Source: Sulfurospirillaceae bacterium (lineage in GTDB: Bacteria > Campylobacterota > Campylobacteria > Campylobacterales > Sulfurospirillaceae). Taken from it: 64,000 bases of DNA. The DNA is taken from contig JAWVXD010000002.1 of assembly GCA_033723415.1 (NCBI GenBank), forward strand, positions 96,001-160,000, given 5' to 3'. The notes beneath the pieces were generated by a model. That model did not search any database, was not told the DNA's origin, and was given only the letters and a program-made list of their open reading frames with translations. The translations under genes and the position numbers were made by a program. This document shows, one piece after another, positions 50,319 through 59,681 of the stretch (its first letter is position 1; every line of letters starts with the position of its first letter).

Positions 50319-51878
50319 CTATTTTGCAAAATCACCTTTTAAAATCTGCTCTTTCAAAACTCTTTTTAGGACTTTCCCTGTCGCATTTTTAGGCAATTCT
50401 TCTACCATATAGATGCTTTTTGGCACTTTAAAATTCGCCAAATGCAACTTTAGATATCTTTTTATATCCATTTCACCTAAAATTGTATCTTCTTTTGGTT
50501 GAATAAAAGCTATAACCTCTTCATCGTTATCCTTGTTCTTCAGACCGACTACTGCAGCAGAATCTACTCCCTCATACTTTAATATTAATTCTTCTATTTC
50601 TCTAGGGTAAATATTTATCCCCTTTGATATGATCAAATCTTTTTTTCGATCGACTATAAAGATATAGCCGTCTTCATCCATTTTCCCCAAATCTCCTGTT
50701 CTGAGCCAGCCGTTCATGATCGTCTCATCGGTTGCATCTGGACGGTTTAGATAACCTTGCATGACGTTATCGCCTTTGACGATAATCTCTCCTATATCTC
50801 CCAGTGGGAGCTCTACCATTTCATCATTTACGATCTTCACGCTATATCCAGGAAGTGCTGCTCCGACAGAGAGTGGCTTTTGTTTTTGCAAAGTGTTTGC
50901 TGCTACCACAGGCGAACATTCACTAAGTCCATATCCCTCTATAAGCGTTGATTTTTTAAATCTCTTCTTAAATGCCGTCAATGCCGCTTCGCTTAGAGGA
51001 GCGCCGCCTGATATAAAAAGTCTCACTTTGTGAAAATACATAAAATACCAAGGTATTTTAGCTTTTAAAAGTGATGTATAAAGAGTAGGCACACCCAAAA
51101 ATACGGTTACTCTTTTTAATAATACTTGTTTTAGCACATTTGCAAAAGGAAATATTGATCTAACGACAACGATAGATGAGCCGGTAAAAAGCGGCAATAA
51201 TACTGAAGTAGAGAGGGTAAAAGAGTGAAACATAGGTAGAAACACTATAAATCTATCTGTAGTACGCACACCAAATACTTCATTTGCCCCAACTGAGTTT
51301 GAGAGAATATTTCTAAAACTCAGCATTGCCCCTTTTGGCTTGCCTGTTGTTCCTGAAGTATATATGATACAAGCTAAATCATCCAAACCAGGATGCTCTT
51401 GAATCTCTTCATCGTTATCAAGAGTAGCTTCCATTTCTGCAAAGCTATAGTTTTTATCATCTAGTTTGTCATATTTTTCAGTCCATACTATTTTCTCTAT
51501 ATTGGTTGTATTTATGAGATTTTTTGTTTCTTTTGCGTAGGCGGTACCGCTTATAAGTAGTTTAGCCTCACAATCATTTACTATATATTCTAATTCTTCT
51601 CTTTTTAAGAAGGTATTGATCGGTACAGCGACTGCACCGATCTTTGTTATCGCAAACAATGAGACTATAAACTCTATAGAGTTGCCGACTATCATGGCAA
51701 CTCTATCTTCTTTTTTTATACCGCTGAACTCTAAAAATCTGGCAAATGTATCAATATCCTGCTTTAATCTTAAATTCGATATTTTTTTATCTTCTAAAAA
51801 TATCGCGATTTTGTTTGGAGCAAGTTTTGCATTATTTTGAATAATCTCATAAAAATTTTGATACTTATACTCTAACAT
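50319..51878 (-). CDS. fadD: Long-chain fatty acid-CoA ligase
   Basis: IYTSGTTGKPKG, EGYGLSE, WLRTGDLG and DRKKDLII; lies directly after fadL. Confidence 0.88.
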   Translation of the reverse strand: MLEYKYQNFYEIIQNNAKLAPNKIAIFLEDKKISNLRLKQDIDTFARFLEFSGIKKEDRVAMIVGNSIEFIVSLFAITKIGAVAVPINTFLKREELEYIVNDCEAKLLISGTAYAKETKNLINTTNIEKIVWTEKYDKLDDKNYSFAEMEATLDNDEEIQEHPGLDDLACIIYTSGTTGKPKGAMLSFRNILSNSVGANEVFGVRTTDRFIVFLPMFHSFTLSTSVLLPLFTGSSIVVVRSIFPFANVLKQVLLKRVTVFLGVPTLYTSLLKAKIPWYFMYFHKVRLFISGGAPLSEAALTAFKKRFKKSTLIEGYGLSECSPVVAANTLQKQKPLSVGAALPGYSVKIVNDEMVELPLGDIGEIIVKGDNVMQGYLNRPDATDETIMNGWLRTGDLGKMDEDGYIFIVDRKKDLIISKGINIYPREIEELILKYEGVDSAAVVGLKNKDNDEEVIAFIQPKEDTILGEMDIKRYLKLHLANFKVPKSIYMVEELPKNATGKVLKRVLKEQILKGDFAK

Positions 51879-51879
51879 T

Positions 51880-53142
51880 CTAGAACCTGTATTTGATCGA
51901 AGCTCTTACTAAATGTGCCGAAGCATCTTTAAATGTACCATGCACTTTTGCGTTAGTTACCGTTCTTGTTTTTTTAGAATCATACAGATAAGCCAAGCCA
52001 AAACTTGTTGCTTTGCTAACTTTGTATTCAAAACCGAGTGAGTAAAGTTTAGCATCAGAATCCGGCAATTCAAATCCTAATGTGTTACTTGGTACCGGGC
52101 TTTTATCTATAGCAAATCCGGCCATAAGTTTTAATTTGTCGCTGTACTGGTGAGTAATACCTATTCTATAAGTATCTGAGTCTTTCCAATTTTTTGGAAT
52201 TGCAGCATCGAAGGCACTAGGTAAAATAGAACCTGGTAGCGTACCTGAATAATTAAAATCTAGATTTTTGTAGCTTGACCAATATACTCTTTCGTAAACC
52301 AATTCTACAGTAGTTTTATCGAATGAATAAGCCGCTGCCAAATCAAGAGTTGCCGGCAAAGGAATAGCTACTGATGCTGAACCATCATATGAACCCAAAT
52401 TAGTTCCAGCACCGACACCAGCAGCGATGAAACTATTTAATTTTGCAGTTCCCGTCACTGTCAAATTAACTTTTGAGCGATAAGTTGCAGAAAGTGTCAT
52501 ATCGTTGGTAGGCTTATAACTCAGTGCTAAATTATAGCCATAATCTATTGAATTTCCTGTCATGTCTCTACTTGCATCTATATATGATGGTGCCGCTGTT
52601 ACAGCCACTATTCCATCACTCTTAACAATTCCTTGCGTATAAACACCTCTAACTCCAAAACCGATAGCAAATTTATCATTAACTTTATAACTTGCAGTCG
52701 GATTTAATTCCATTATCTTTAATGTAAATTCTTGTGCAAAAGTTTTTGGATATGCGTCATCCCATCTTTTTGAAAGTCCGCCCGGTGCTACAAAAGATAA
52801 ACCAAATCTCCAGTTTTTGACTTCAGGTGACATATAATGGAAAGTAGGAACATAAAAATTTTCAACTTTTGAACTTCCACTGTACGTAGGAGATACACTG
52901 TCGGTATAGTTAATACTAGGCAACTTGATATAAGTCAATCCCAACTCCAACTCTGCACCTGATTGACTAAACGCCATATTTGCAGGATTATAATAACTTG
53001 CATCTGCCCCGTTTGCATTTGCCACATAAGCAGCGCTTAGTGCTACTGAGTTTAAAGACTGCTCCGGTATTTTATATCCGGCACCAAATAACGTTGCTGC
53101 GCTGAGACCCAGCAATGCTGTTACTTTTACATATTTTTTCAT
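51880..53142 (-). CDS. fadL: FadL/OmpP1 family outer-membrane long-chain fatty acid channel
   Basis: Signal peptide, 'ADASYYNPANM' hatch motif, beta-strand pattern and terminal YRF. Confidence 0.88.
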   Translation of the reverse strand: MKKYVKVTALLGLSAATLFGAGYKIPEQSLNSVALSAAYVANANGADASYYNPANMAFSQSGAELELGLTYIKLPSINYTDSVSPTYSGSSKVENFYVPTFHYMSPEVKNWRFGLSFVAPGGLSKRWDDAYPKTFAQEFTLKIMELNPTASYKVNDKFAIGFGVRGVYTQGIVKSDGIVAVTAAPSYIDASRDMTGNSIDYGYNLALSYKPTNDMTLSATYRSKVNLTVTGTAKLNSFIAAGVGAGTNLGSYDGSASVAIPLPATLDLAAAYSFDKTTVELVYERVYWSSYKNLDFNYSGTLPGSILPSAFDAAIPKNWKDSDTYRIGITHQYSDKLKLMAGFAIDKSPVPSNTLGFELPDSDAKLYSLGFEYKVSKATSFGLAYLYDSKKTRTVTNAKVHGTFKDASAHLVRASIKYRF

Positions 53143-53152
53143 TTTTATCCTT

Positions 53153-53998
53153 TTAGTTTTTAATAAGAGAATATAAGAGATTTATCTCTTCTGCCCATAT
53201 GCTCTCATCAATAGTTTCAAGTACCATAGGTATATCATTAATTCTATCATCGTTCATGATAAGCCTAAAGGCTTCCAGGCCGATTTTACCCTTACCTAAA
53301 GAATCATGCCTGTCAACGCGACTACCCAAGTCAGGTTTTGAATCATTGAGATGCATACCTTTTAGATACTTAAATCCGATTATTGTATCAAATTTTTTCA
53401 TAGTTTGTTCATAGGTTTCTTGTGTTCTTATATCATAACCTGCCGTGAAAACATGGCACGTATCAATGCAAACACCGACTCTATCTTTATCTATGCAATT
53501 ATCTACCAAATATCCAAGATGTTCCAATTTGTAACCTAGATTGCTTCCTTGCCCTGCAGTATTTTCTATCACAAGTTGGACATTTTTAGTTCTTCTCAAT
53601 GCCTCGTTCATGGACTGGCTTATCAATTCTAAACAATTTTCTTCGCTAATTTTTTTTAGGTGACTACCTGGGTGAAAGTTCAATTTGTCCAAGCCCAACT
53701 GATCACATCTGTGCAACTCATCTATAAAAGCTTCAAGTGATTTCTCTCTTTGTTCTTTCTCAGGATGCCCTAAATTTATAAGATAACTATCATGAGGCAG
53801 AACATGACGAGGTAATATCTCAGAAATCTCTAGCTCTTTTTTAAATTTTGATATAACTTCCTCATCTAAGGGCTTAGCTACCCACTGTCTTTGGTTTTTT
53901 GTAAAAAGTGCGAAAGCTTTTGCACCTATTTGTTTTGCATTAATAGGAGCATTAAACACTCCTCCGCTCGCACTGACATGTGCGCCTATATACTTCAT
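53153..53998 (-). CDS. nfo: Endonuclease IV
   Basis: [37 protein letters not shown] and DRH. Confidence 0.97.
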   Translation of the reverse strand: MKYIGAHVSASGGVFNAPINAKQIGAKAFALFTKNQRQWVAKPLDEEVISKFKKELEISEILPRHVLPHDSYLINLGHPEKEQREKSLEAFIDELHRCDQLGLDKLNFHPGSHLKKISEENCLELISQSMNEALRRTKNVQLVIENTAGQGSNLGYKLEHLGYLVDNCIDKDRVGVCIDTCHVFTAGYDIRTQETYEQTMKKFDTIIGFKYLKGMHLNDSKPDLGSRVDRHDSLGKGKIGLEAFRLIMNDDRINDIPMVLETIDESIWAEEINLLYSLIKN

Positions 53999-54475
53999 CT
54001 AAATCCTTTCTAACTTGATCAATACTTTGTTTTGTCTATCTTTGAAGTAAATATTTCCATCTTCAATCTTATACAAAATATCATAATTTTTAGATTTTAT
54101 CCTCTGTTCAAAGCCGTCTTTTATGTATTTAATATTTTTTCCGTTATATATCTGATTTTTATTTAAAATATCATCCATTATATTTTTATAATACGGATAT
54201 CCAAATAATTTTGTATTAAAATCTTCTCTAGTAGTACATCTGCCGTTTAGACATGCTTTGTTCGATAATTTCAAATTTAAAACCAGACTACCGGCTGAAA
54301 ATATCTGTAGATTCTTGTATCTGCTGGATTTTTTTAAAAATCCAGCATCTGCTATACCTATATTTTGAGTTTTTACTACTATCTTATAAGGGTATGATAA
54401 AATAGCATCTTGTTTTATTGCACATCCTGAAAAAAACAATAATACAGATAAAAAGATAATTATATGTTTACGCAT
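53999..54475 (-). CDS. Putative lipoprotein
   Basis: Lipobox LFFSGC after a hydrophobic stretch. Confidence 0.75.
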   Translation of the reverse strand: MRKHIIIFLSVLLFFSGCAIKQDAILSYPYKIVVKTQNIGIADAGFLKKSSRYKNLQIFSAGSLVLNLKLSNKACLNGRCTTREDFNTKLFGYPYYKNIMDDILNKNQIYNGKNIKYIKDGFEQRIKSKNYDILYKIEDGNIYFKDRQNKVLIKLERI

Positions 54476-55367
54476 CTAAATCTCTTTTTTTATTTCTAAC
54501 ATAAGTCCCGAGTTCTGCGCTAAGCATTCCGAATATTATCAAAAAAGCACCTATGGATTGCTGTAATGAAAACACTTCATTTGCAAAAAAGTATCCAAAA
54601 AAACCTGCACTCACAGGCTCTAGAGTAAATATGATCGCAGTTTTTGCAGGAGTCGTGTATCTTTGCATTGCCGTTTGTACACCGAATGCAAAAACCGTAG
54701 CAAATACGACAGTTATGATTATGGCATTTAAAAATACGCCATCAAAGGCACTTGGCATGATCGTTTTATCAAATATCACGGCAGCTAACAAAGATAAGAC
54801 AGCAACGGTAAATAGCTCTATCGTAACGAGCAGAAGAACATTGTATTTTTTTGAGTACTTATCCGTAAATACTATATGTGAAGCAAACATAAACGCACAT
54901 ACCAAAGAGTAGAATTCTCCCTTGCCAAAGCCAATAGCACTATGTAATGTTAAGAAATATAATCCAAAAGCCGCACAAACTGCTCCAAATATTGAGTAAG
55001 GTGAAGCTGTTTTTTTGAAGATCATGAAAAGTAACAGCGGCACTATGATAACATTGAGTCCTGTGACAAAAGCTACCGTAGATGAATACGTAAATAAAAG
55101 TCCAAATGTTTGAAAAGCAAAGCCTAGAAACATAAAAATTCCCAACAATATTCCGGCTTTTAAAATTTGTCTATCTATTAATATAAGTTTTTTGTATGAA
55201 ATCAAAGACATCAGTATTGCGGCAAACAGGAATCTCCAAAAAAGAAACACATATACCGGCGTTTCTCTAATAGCATCTTGAACTATAAAAAAAGTACTTC
55301 CCCAAGCCAATGCTACCAAAAGAAGTAAAAAATCAGCACCATACTCTCGTATTCTTGACATGATCAT
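54468..55367 (-). CDS. DMT (EamA) family transporter
   Basis: WGSTF, WRF, FQTFGL and IFTLEPV; about ten TM helices. Confidence 0.92.
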   Translation of the reverse strand: MIMSRIREYGADFLLLLVALAWGSTFFIVQDAIRETPVYVFLFWRFLFAAILMSLISYKKLILIDRQILKAGILLGIFMFLGFAFQTFGLLFTYSSTVAFVTGLNVIIVPLLLFMIFKKTASPYSIFGAVCAAFGLYFLTLHSAIGFGKGEFYSLVCAFMFASHIVFTDKYSKKYNVLLLVTIELFTVAVLSLLAAVIFDKTIMPSAFDGVFLNAIIITVVFATVFAFGVQTAMQRYTTPAKTAIIFTLEPVSAGFFGYFFANEVFSLQQSIGAFLIIFGMLSAELGTYVRNKKRDLDA

Positions 55368-55554
55368 AATCTAAACCTTTTTGTGAAAGTGTAATAATAT
55401 CAAAAATTACTCAAATTTATTTACTAAAAACCAAAAGATTAATAAATAGGCAATTTATTACATTTATTTATCTTATTTTTAGATATTATTGCTAGAATAA
55501 CTTTTTACAAAGTTTCATTTAAACTTAAAAAAGTTCTACAGCAGAAAGGTGTGA

Positions 55555-56292
55555 ATGGATAATATAGTCAGCATGAAGAATATAGATAAATATTTTGGAG
55601 ATTTTCATGCACTCAAAAACATAAATTTTGAAGTAAAGCAGGGTGAGATAGTTGTTATATGCGGTCCCAGCGGGAGCGGAAAATCAACTTTGATAAGATG
55701 TATCAACAGACTTGAGGATATAGACAGCGGAGAGTTAATAGTTGATGGCATGGACGCATACAGTAAAAAGACAAGATTAAATGAGCTTCGTGCTGAAACA
55801 GGTATGGTTTTTCAGCATTTTAATCTTTTCCCACATTTAACTATACTAGAAAATATTACTATAGCGCAAGAAAAAGTTAAAAAGATTTCAAAACATGATG
55901 CAAAAGAAAACGCATTACTACTTTTAGAAAAAGTCGGTTTAGTTCACAAAGCCGAAGGATATCCGAATGAATTAAGCGGCGGACAAAAACAACGTGTTGC
56001 TATAGCTAGGACTTTAGCTATGAAACCAAAAGTCTTATTATTTGACGAACCGACAAGTGCACTTGACCCAGAGATGATCGGTGGGGTTTTAGATGTAATG
56101 AGACAACTAGCTCATGAGAACTATACTATTGTCTGTGTTACCCATGAAATGGGATTTGCAAAAGAAGTTTGCAACAGAGTAGTCTTCATGGATGAAGGTG
56201 AGATCATAGAAGAAGGAACACCTAAAGAGTTTTTTGCTCACCCAAAAACTGACAGAGCTAAGAAGTTTTTACAAGAAATATTGACACATTAA
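55555..56292 (+). CDS. Polar amino acid ABC transporter ATP-binding protein (GlnQ-like)
   Basis: [22 protein letters not shown] and [11 protein letters not shown]. Confidence 0.96.
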   Translation: MDNIVSMKNIDKYFGDFHALKNINFEVKQGEIVVICGPSGSGKSTLIRCINRLEDIDSGELIVDGMDAYSKKTRLNELRAETGMVFQHFNLFPHLTILENITIAQEKVKKISKHDAKENALLLLEKVGLVHKAEGYPNELSGGQKQRVAIARTLAMKPKVLLFDEPTSALDPEMIGGVLDVMRQLAHENYTIVCVTHEMGFAKEVCNRVVFMDEGEIIEEGTPKEFFAHPKTDRAKKFLQEILTH

Positions 56293-56318
56293 ATTTTAAA
56301 AAATCTTAAGGAGTATAA

Positions 56319-57119
56319 ATGAAGAAAATAATGGCGGCATTGTTGCTAATGCTTGGACTACACTTGATGGCTGATGATATCGGCTTGTGGCAAAAATCTA
56401 CTTTAAATTCTATCTTACAAAAAGGTGAACTAAGAGTTGGATTAGAAGCTGGTTACATGCCTTTTGAGATGAAAGACAAAAAAGGTGAAATCATAGGTTT
56501 CGATGTTGATTTGGCAAAAGCTATGGCAAAAGCTATGGGCGTCAAATTGGTACTTGTTCCAACAGCTTGGGATGGTATAATCGCTGGTTTATTGGCTGGC
56601 AAGTATGACATCATCATGTCTGGTATGACTATCACGCAAGAGAGAAATTTAAAAGTTAACTTTGCTAACCCATATATTAGTGTCGGTCAAACAATCTTAG
56701 CTAAGAAAAAATTTGCAGGTAAAACCTGGAGAGATTTAGATAAGCCTCAATACACAATTGTAACAAAACTAGGTGTTACAGGTGAAATCGCAACAAGAAA
56801 AATGTTTAAACACGCAAAAATCAGAACTTTCGATACAGAAACTGATGCCGTTCAAGAAGTCATGAATGGAAGAGCTGATGGTTTTGTTTACGACAAACCT
56901 TATAATGCAATATTCTATGCAGCAAAAGGTAAAGGCAAACTAGCTTTCCTAAGCCAAGACCTGACATATGAACCACTAGGTTGGGCTGTTAAAAAAGGTG
57001 ACCCAGATTTTCTAAATTGGTTAGATAACTTCCTAAACCAAGTAAAACATGATGGAATTTACAAAAAAATCTATGACAGATGGTTTAAAAGTACCATATG
57101 GCAAAAAAAGGTAATGTAA
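56319..57119 (+). CDS. Polar amino acid ABC transporter substrate-binding protein
   Basis: Signal peptide, YMPFE, GFDVDL, WDGII and SGMTITQER. Confidence 0.95.
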   Translation: MKKIMAALLLMLGLHLMADDIGLWQKSTLNSILQKGELRVGLEAGYMPFEMKDKKGEIIGFDVDLAKAMAKAMGVKLVLVPTAWDGIIAGLLAGKYDIIMSGMTITQERNLKVNFANPYISVGQTILAKKKFAGKTWRDLDKPQYTIVTKLGVTGEIATRKMFKHAKIRTFDTETDAVQEVMNGRADGFVYDKPYNAIFYAAKGKGKLAFLSQDLTYEPLGWAVKKGDPDFLNWLDNFLNQVKHDGIYKKIYDRWFKSTIWQKKVM

Positions 57120-58085
57120 TTGTCTAAAAAACATAAATCATTATTAGAAAATAAAATCTTCGGCCACTTTGTGGCCGTAGCTTTTTTTATACTGATGGGG
57201 TATTCACTGTTTCTTGCAGCTTCCCATATGAACTACATTTGGAAATGGAACAGCGTTCCTAAATATTTTGCTTACCAAAAAGAGATTACTCTTAAAGCCC
57301 CGATAGACGGAGCTATTAAAGTATCCGGCAATCAGATAACCGTACGTGGACAAAGTGATTCCCAAGTTGTTAAAATTCCTGATCAGTATAAAATCGTTGT
57401 AAGTAGCGGAGATGATGTGTACCAGGGAGATAACCTGGCATCATATAAAGAATGGGAAAGAGGACCATTAATCAACGGTCTTATCGTAACATTAAAAATA
57501 TCTGCATTAGCCGCAGTCATAGCGTTTCTTCTCGCTTCCGTTTTGGCGTTTATGAGAATTTCAAATTTTCACTTTTTGCAAGATATAGCAACATTTTACA
57601 TAGCTGTTATCAGAGGGACTCCTCTTTTAGTACAGATATTTATCTTTTACTTTATAATTGCGACTATATTTAGTTTAGAGAGGTTTATGGCCGGTGCTAT
57701 TTCTTTAGGACTTTTTTATGCTGCATATATTGCAGAAGTTTTAAGAGGTGCAATACAATCAGTAGATAGAGGTCAGTACGAAGCTGCCAAATCTTTGGGT
57801 ATGAATTATGCACAAACTATGAAAAGTATCATCATGCCTCAAGCACTAAAGCGAGCTCTTCCTACTCTTGTTGGTGAGATCATTGCAATGGTAAAAGACT
57901 CTTCTTTGGTATCTGTTATATCAATTACGGATCTAACAAAAGTCGGTAGAGAAATTGTTGCAAATACATTTTCTCCGTTTGAAACTTGGCTGATAGTTGC
58001 AGCAATGTATTTTGCCGTGACATTTATATTATCTATACTTGGAAGAAAGTTAGAAAACAGAATGAAAAAACAAGGCGGAATGTAA
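57120..58085 (+). CDS. Polar amino acid ABC transporter permease with an extra periplasmic insert
   Basis: IRGTPLLVQ, AYIAEVLRG, GQYEAAKSLG (EAA loop) and KDSSL. Confidence 0.95.
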   Translation: MSKKHKSLLENKIFGHFVAVAFFILMGYSLFLAASHMNYIWKWNSVPKYFAYQKEITLKAPIDGAIKVSGNQITVRGQSDSQVVKIPDQYKIVVSSGDDVYQGDNLASYKEWERGPLINGLIVTLKISALAAVIAFLLASVLAFMRISNFHFLQDIATFYIAVIRGTPLLVQIFIFYFIIATIFSLERFMAGAISLGLFYAAYIAEVLRGAIQSVDRGQYEAAKSLGMNYAQTMKSIIMPQALKRALPTLVGEIIAMVKDSSLVSVISITDLTKVGREIVANTFSPFETWLIVAAMYFAVTFILSILGRKLENRMKKQGGM

Positions 58086-58107
58086 GATCATCTTACACTT
58101 TCGCCTT
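58072..58107. terminator. Hairpin terminator between convergent operons
   Basis: AAGGCGGAA-TGTAAGA / TCTTACA-C-TTTCGCCTT, overlapping the permease stop codon. Confidence 0.75.
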
Positions 58108-58108
58108 T

Positions 58109-58864
58109 CTACCTTTTTAGGTTCTTAGTTAACTCCCTTTTTGCATCGGCATATCCTAATTCAAATAACTCATCAAAATGTTTAAAAGAAAATAAACTGT
58201 ATTTTGGCAATTTATCAGATGTTATATAAACATCACAGGCACTTTCATTTTCCAAACTATTTCCGTACATACTTATTAAAAGTGCTCTTTTGATATTTCC
58301 GACTATAGTTTCATTGGTGTTTTTTTGAAAAATAGGATGTAAATTTACTCCCACCATCGGACAAAAATACTGCTTCAAAGGCTGAATAGGCATATGATTT
58401 TTTGTTCCGCCGTCTATTAGTTTATACTCCAAATAATCAACTGCAGGGAAAAGTGGAATCAGAGCAGATGATGCTTGACATATTGTTTTAATATCACCTT
58501 CATCAAAATAGTGGTTCTTCCCGCTTTTCATATCTACCGCCGTAATATAAAGAGGTATTTTCAGATCTTCAATATTTTTACTTTTAACTAATTTGTCTAG
58601 TAATTTATGTTTTAGATCTATCTTAAAAAGTGACTTTCTAAAATAATTAAATGAAAATAGACTTCTAAATTCTTTTGATTTAATAATTTCAAGTTGCTCT
58701 CTTGGAGTCACCCCGCTTAAATAACTGGCGGCAATAATCGAACCGATCGATGTTGCGCATATTGCTTCTATATAAATCTTCTTTTTATCAATATATTCTA
58801 ATACTCCAAGATGGTATGCCCCTCTTGCAGCACCGCCTGAAAGAGCAAGTGTTATATTTGTCAT
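58109..58864 (-). CDS. Patatin-like phospholipase
   Basis: LSGGAARGAYHLGV, nucleophile elbow variant ATSIG, ASSA..P and DGG. Confidence 0.92.
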   Translation of the reverse strand: MTNITLALSGGAARGAYHLGVLEYIDKKKIYIEAICATSIGSIIAASYLSGVTPREQLEIIKSKEFRSLFSFNYFRKSLFKIDLKHKLLDKLVKSKNIEDLKIPLYITAVDMKSGKNHYFDEGDIKTICQASSALIPLFPAVDYLEYKLIDGGTKNHMPIQPLKQYFCPMVGVNLHPIFQKNTNETIVGNIKRALLISMYGNSLENESACDVYITSDKLPKYSLFSFKHFDELFELGYADAKRELTKNLKR

Positions 58865-59598
58865 CTATTCAGCCAACTTATGATTTCAAAGCTTCCGTCA
58901 TAATTTTCAACCAATGCAGTACATGACTCAACCCAGTCACCGCAATTTAAATACTCAATTTCATCTATAGTTTTGAGCTCAGCCTTGTGAATGTGCCCAC
59001 AAATCACGCCATGATAATTTTGTCTTTTGGCATGCATTGACAATACTTCCTCAAAATTCGTTATAAAACTGACTGAACTTTTCACATTATCTTTTACATA
59101 TTTTGATAAAGACCAATGCCTTTCAATATGAAGTCTCCTTCTTGCAATGTTTAGAAGATGATTTATATAAAGTACAAAATCATATCCAATGTCTCCAAGG
59201 ATCGCCAGCCATTTTTTTGTCATAGTAATACTGTCAAAGAAATCTCCGTGCGTGATTAGGTATCTCTTGCCATTTATAGCTTCATATTCCATTTCATTTT
59301 TTATCTCCAAATTGTCACCGACAAAAAAAGGTGCGAAAGGTCTCAAGAATTCATCATGATTACCTGTAATATAGTGTACTTTTGTACCTTTTCTAGCTTT
59401 TCTTATAACTTTCTGTATAACATCAGAATGAGCTTGTGCCCATTTGAATTTTCTTTTGATCGCCCAGCCGTCTATAATATCCCCGACAAATATCAAAGAT
59501 TCTGATTCATTTTCTCTCAAAAAATCTAAGAAAAGTTCAGCTTGTGCAAATCTAGTGCCTAAGTGCATATCCGATATAAATATAGTTTTGTATTTCAT
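58861..59598 (-). CDS. Calcineurin-like metallophosphoesterase, PlcP/LpxH-like
   Basis: ISDMHLG, GDIIDGW, W..AHSDVIQKVIRKARKG, GNHDEFLR, HGD.FD, CGHIH and NCGDWVESCTALVE. Confidence 0.88.
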   Translation of the reverse strand: MKYKTIFISDMHLGTRFAQAELFLDFLRENESESLIFVGDIIDGWAIKRKFKWAQAHSDVIQKVIRKARKGTKVHYITGNHDEFLRPFAPFFVGDNLEIKNEMEYEAINGKRYLITHGDFFDSITMTKKWLAILGDIGYDFVLYINHLLNIARRRLHIERHWSLSKYVKDNVKSSVSFITNFEEVLSMHAKRQNYHGVICGHIHKAELKTIDEIEYLNCGDWVESCTALVENYDGSFEIISWLNR

Positions 59599-59639
59599 GT
59601 CAAGAAGTCTACAGTTATTTGGTTACAAAAAAGAAACAA
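59599..59639 (-). promoter_or_regulatory. Pho-box-like direct repeat plus -10 for a leaderless phosphoesterase mRNA
   Basis: Minus strand TTGTTTC-TTTT-TTGTAAC (11-bp period, 59639-59622), 10 nt, TAGACT (59611-59606), 7 nt, ATG. Confidence 0.6.
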
Positions 59640-59669
59640 AAATACAAATGATTTATATGAAAGTTATTG

Positions 59670-59681
59670 TATAATTTCACT
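59670..59681 (+). promoter_or_regulatory. -10 box positioned for a leaderless phoH mRNA
   Basis: TATAAT-TTCACT-ATG with no SD. Confidence 0.6.

Noticed and set aside
58861..59598. Assigning the symbol lpxH
   Set aside because: Motifs and regulatory context fit the PlcP-like branch at least as well, and this cannot be settled without a phylogeny.
280..59674. The many 60-146 aa ORFs antisense to or nested within recognised genes
   Set aside because: They are shadows of well-supported CDS with no motifs or translation signals.
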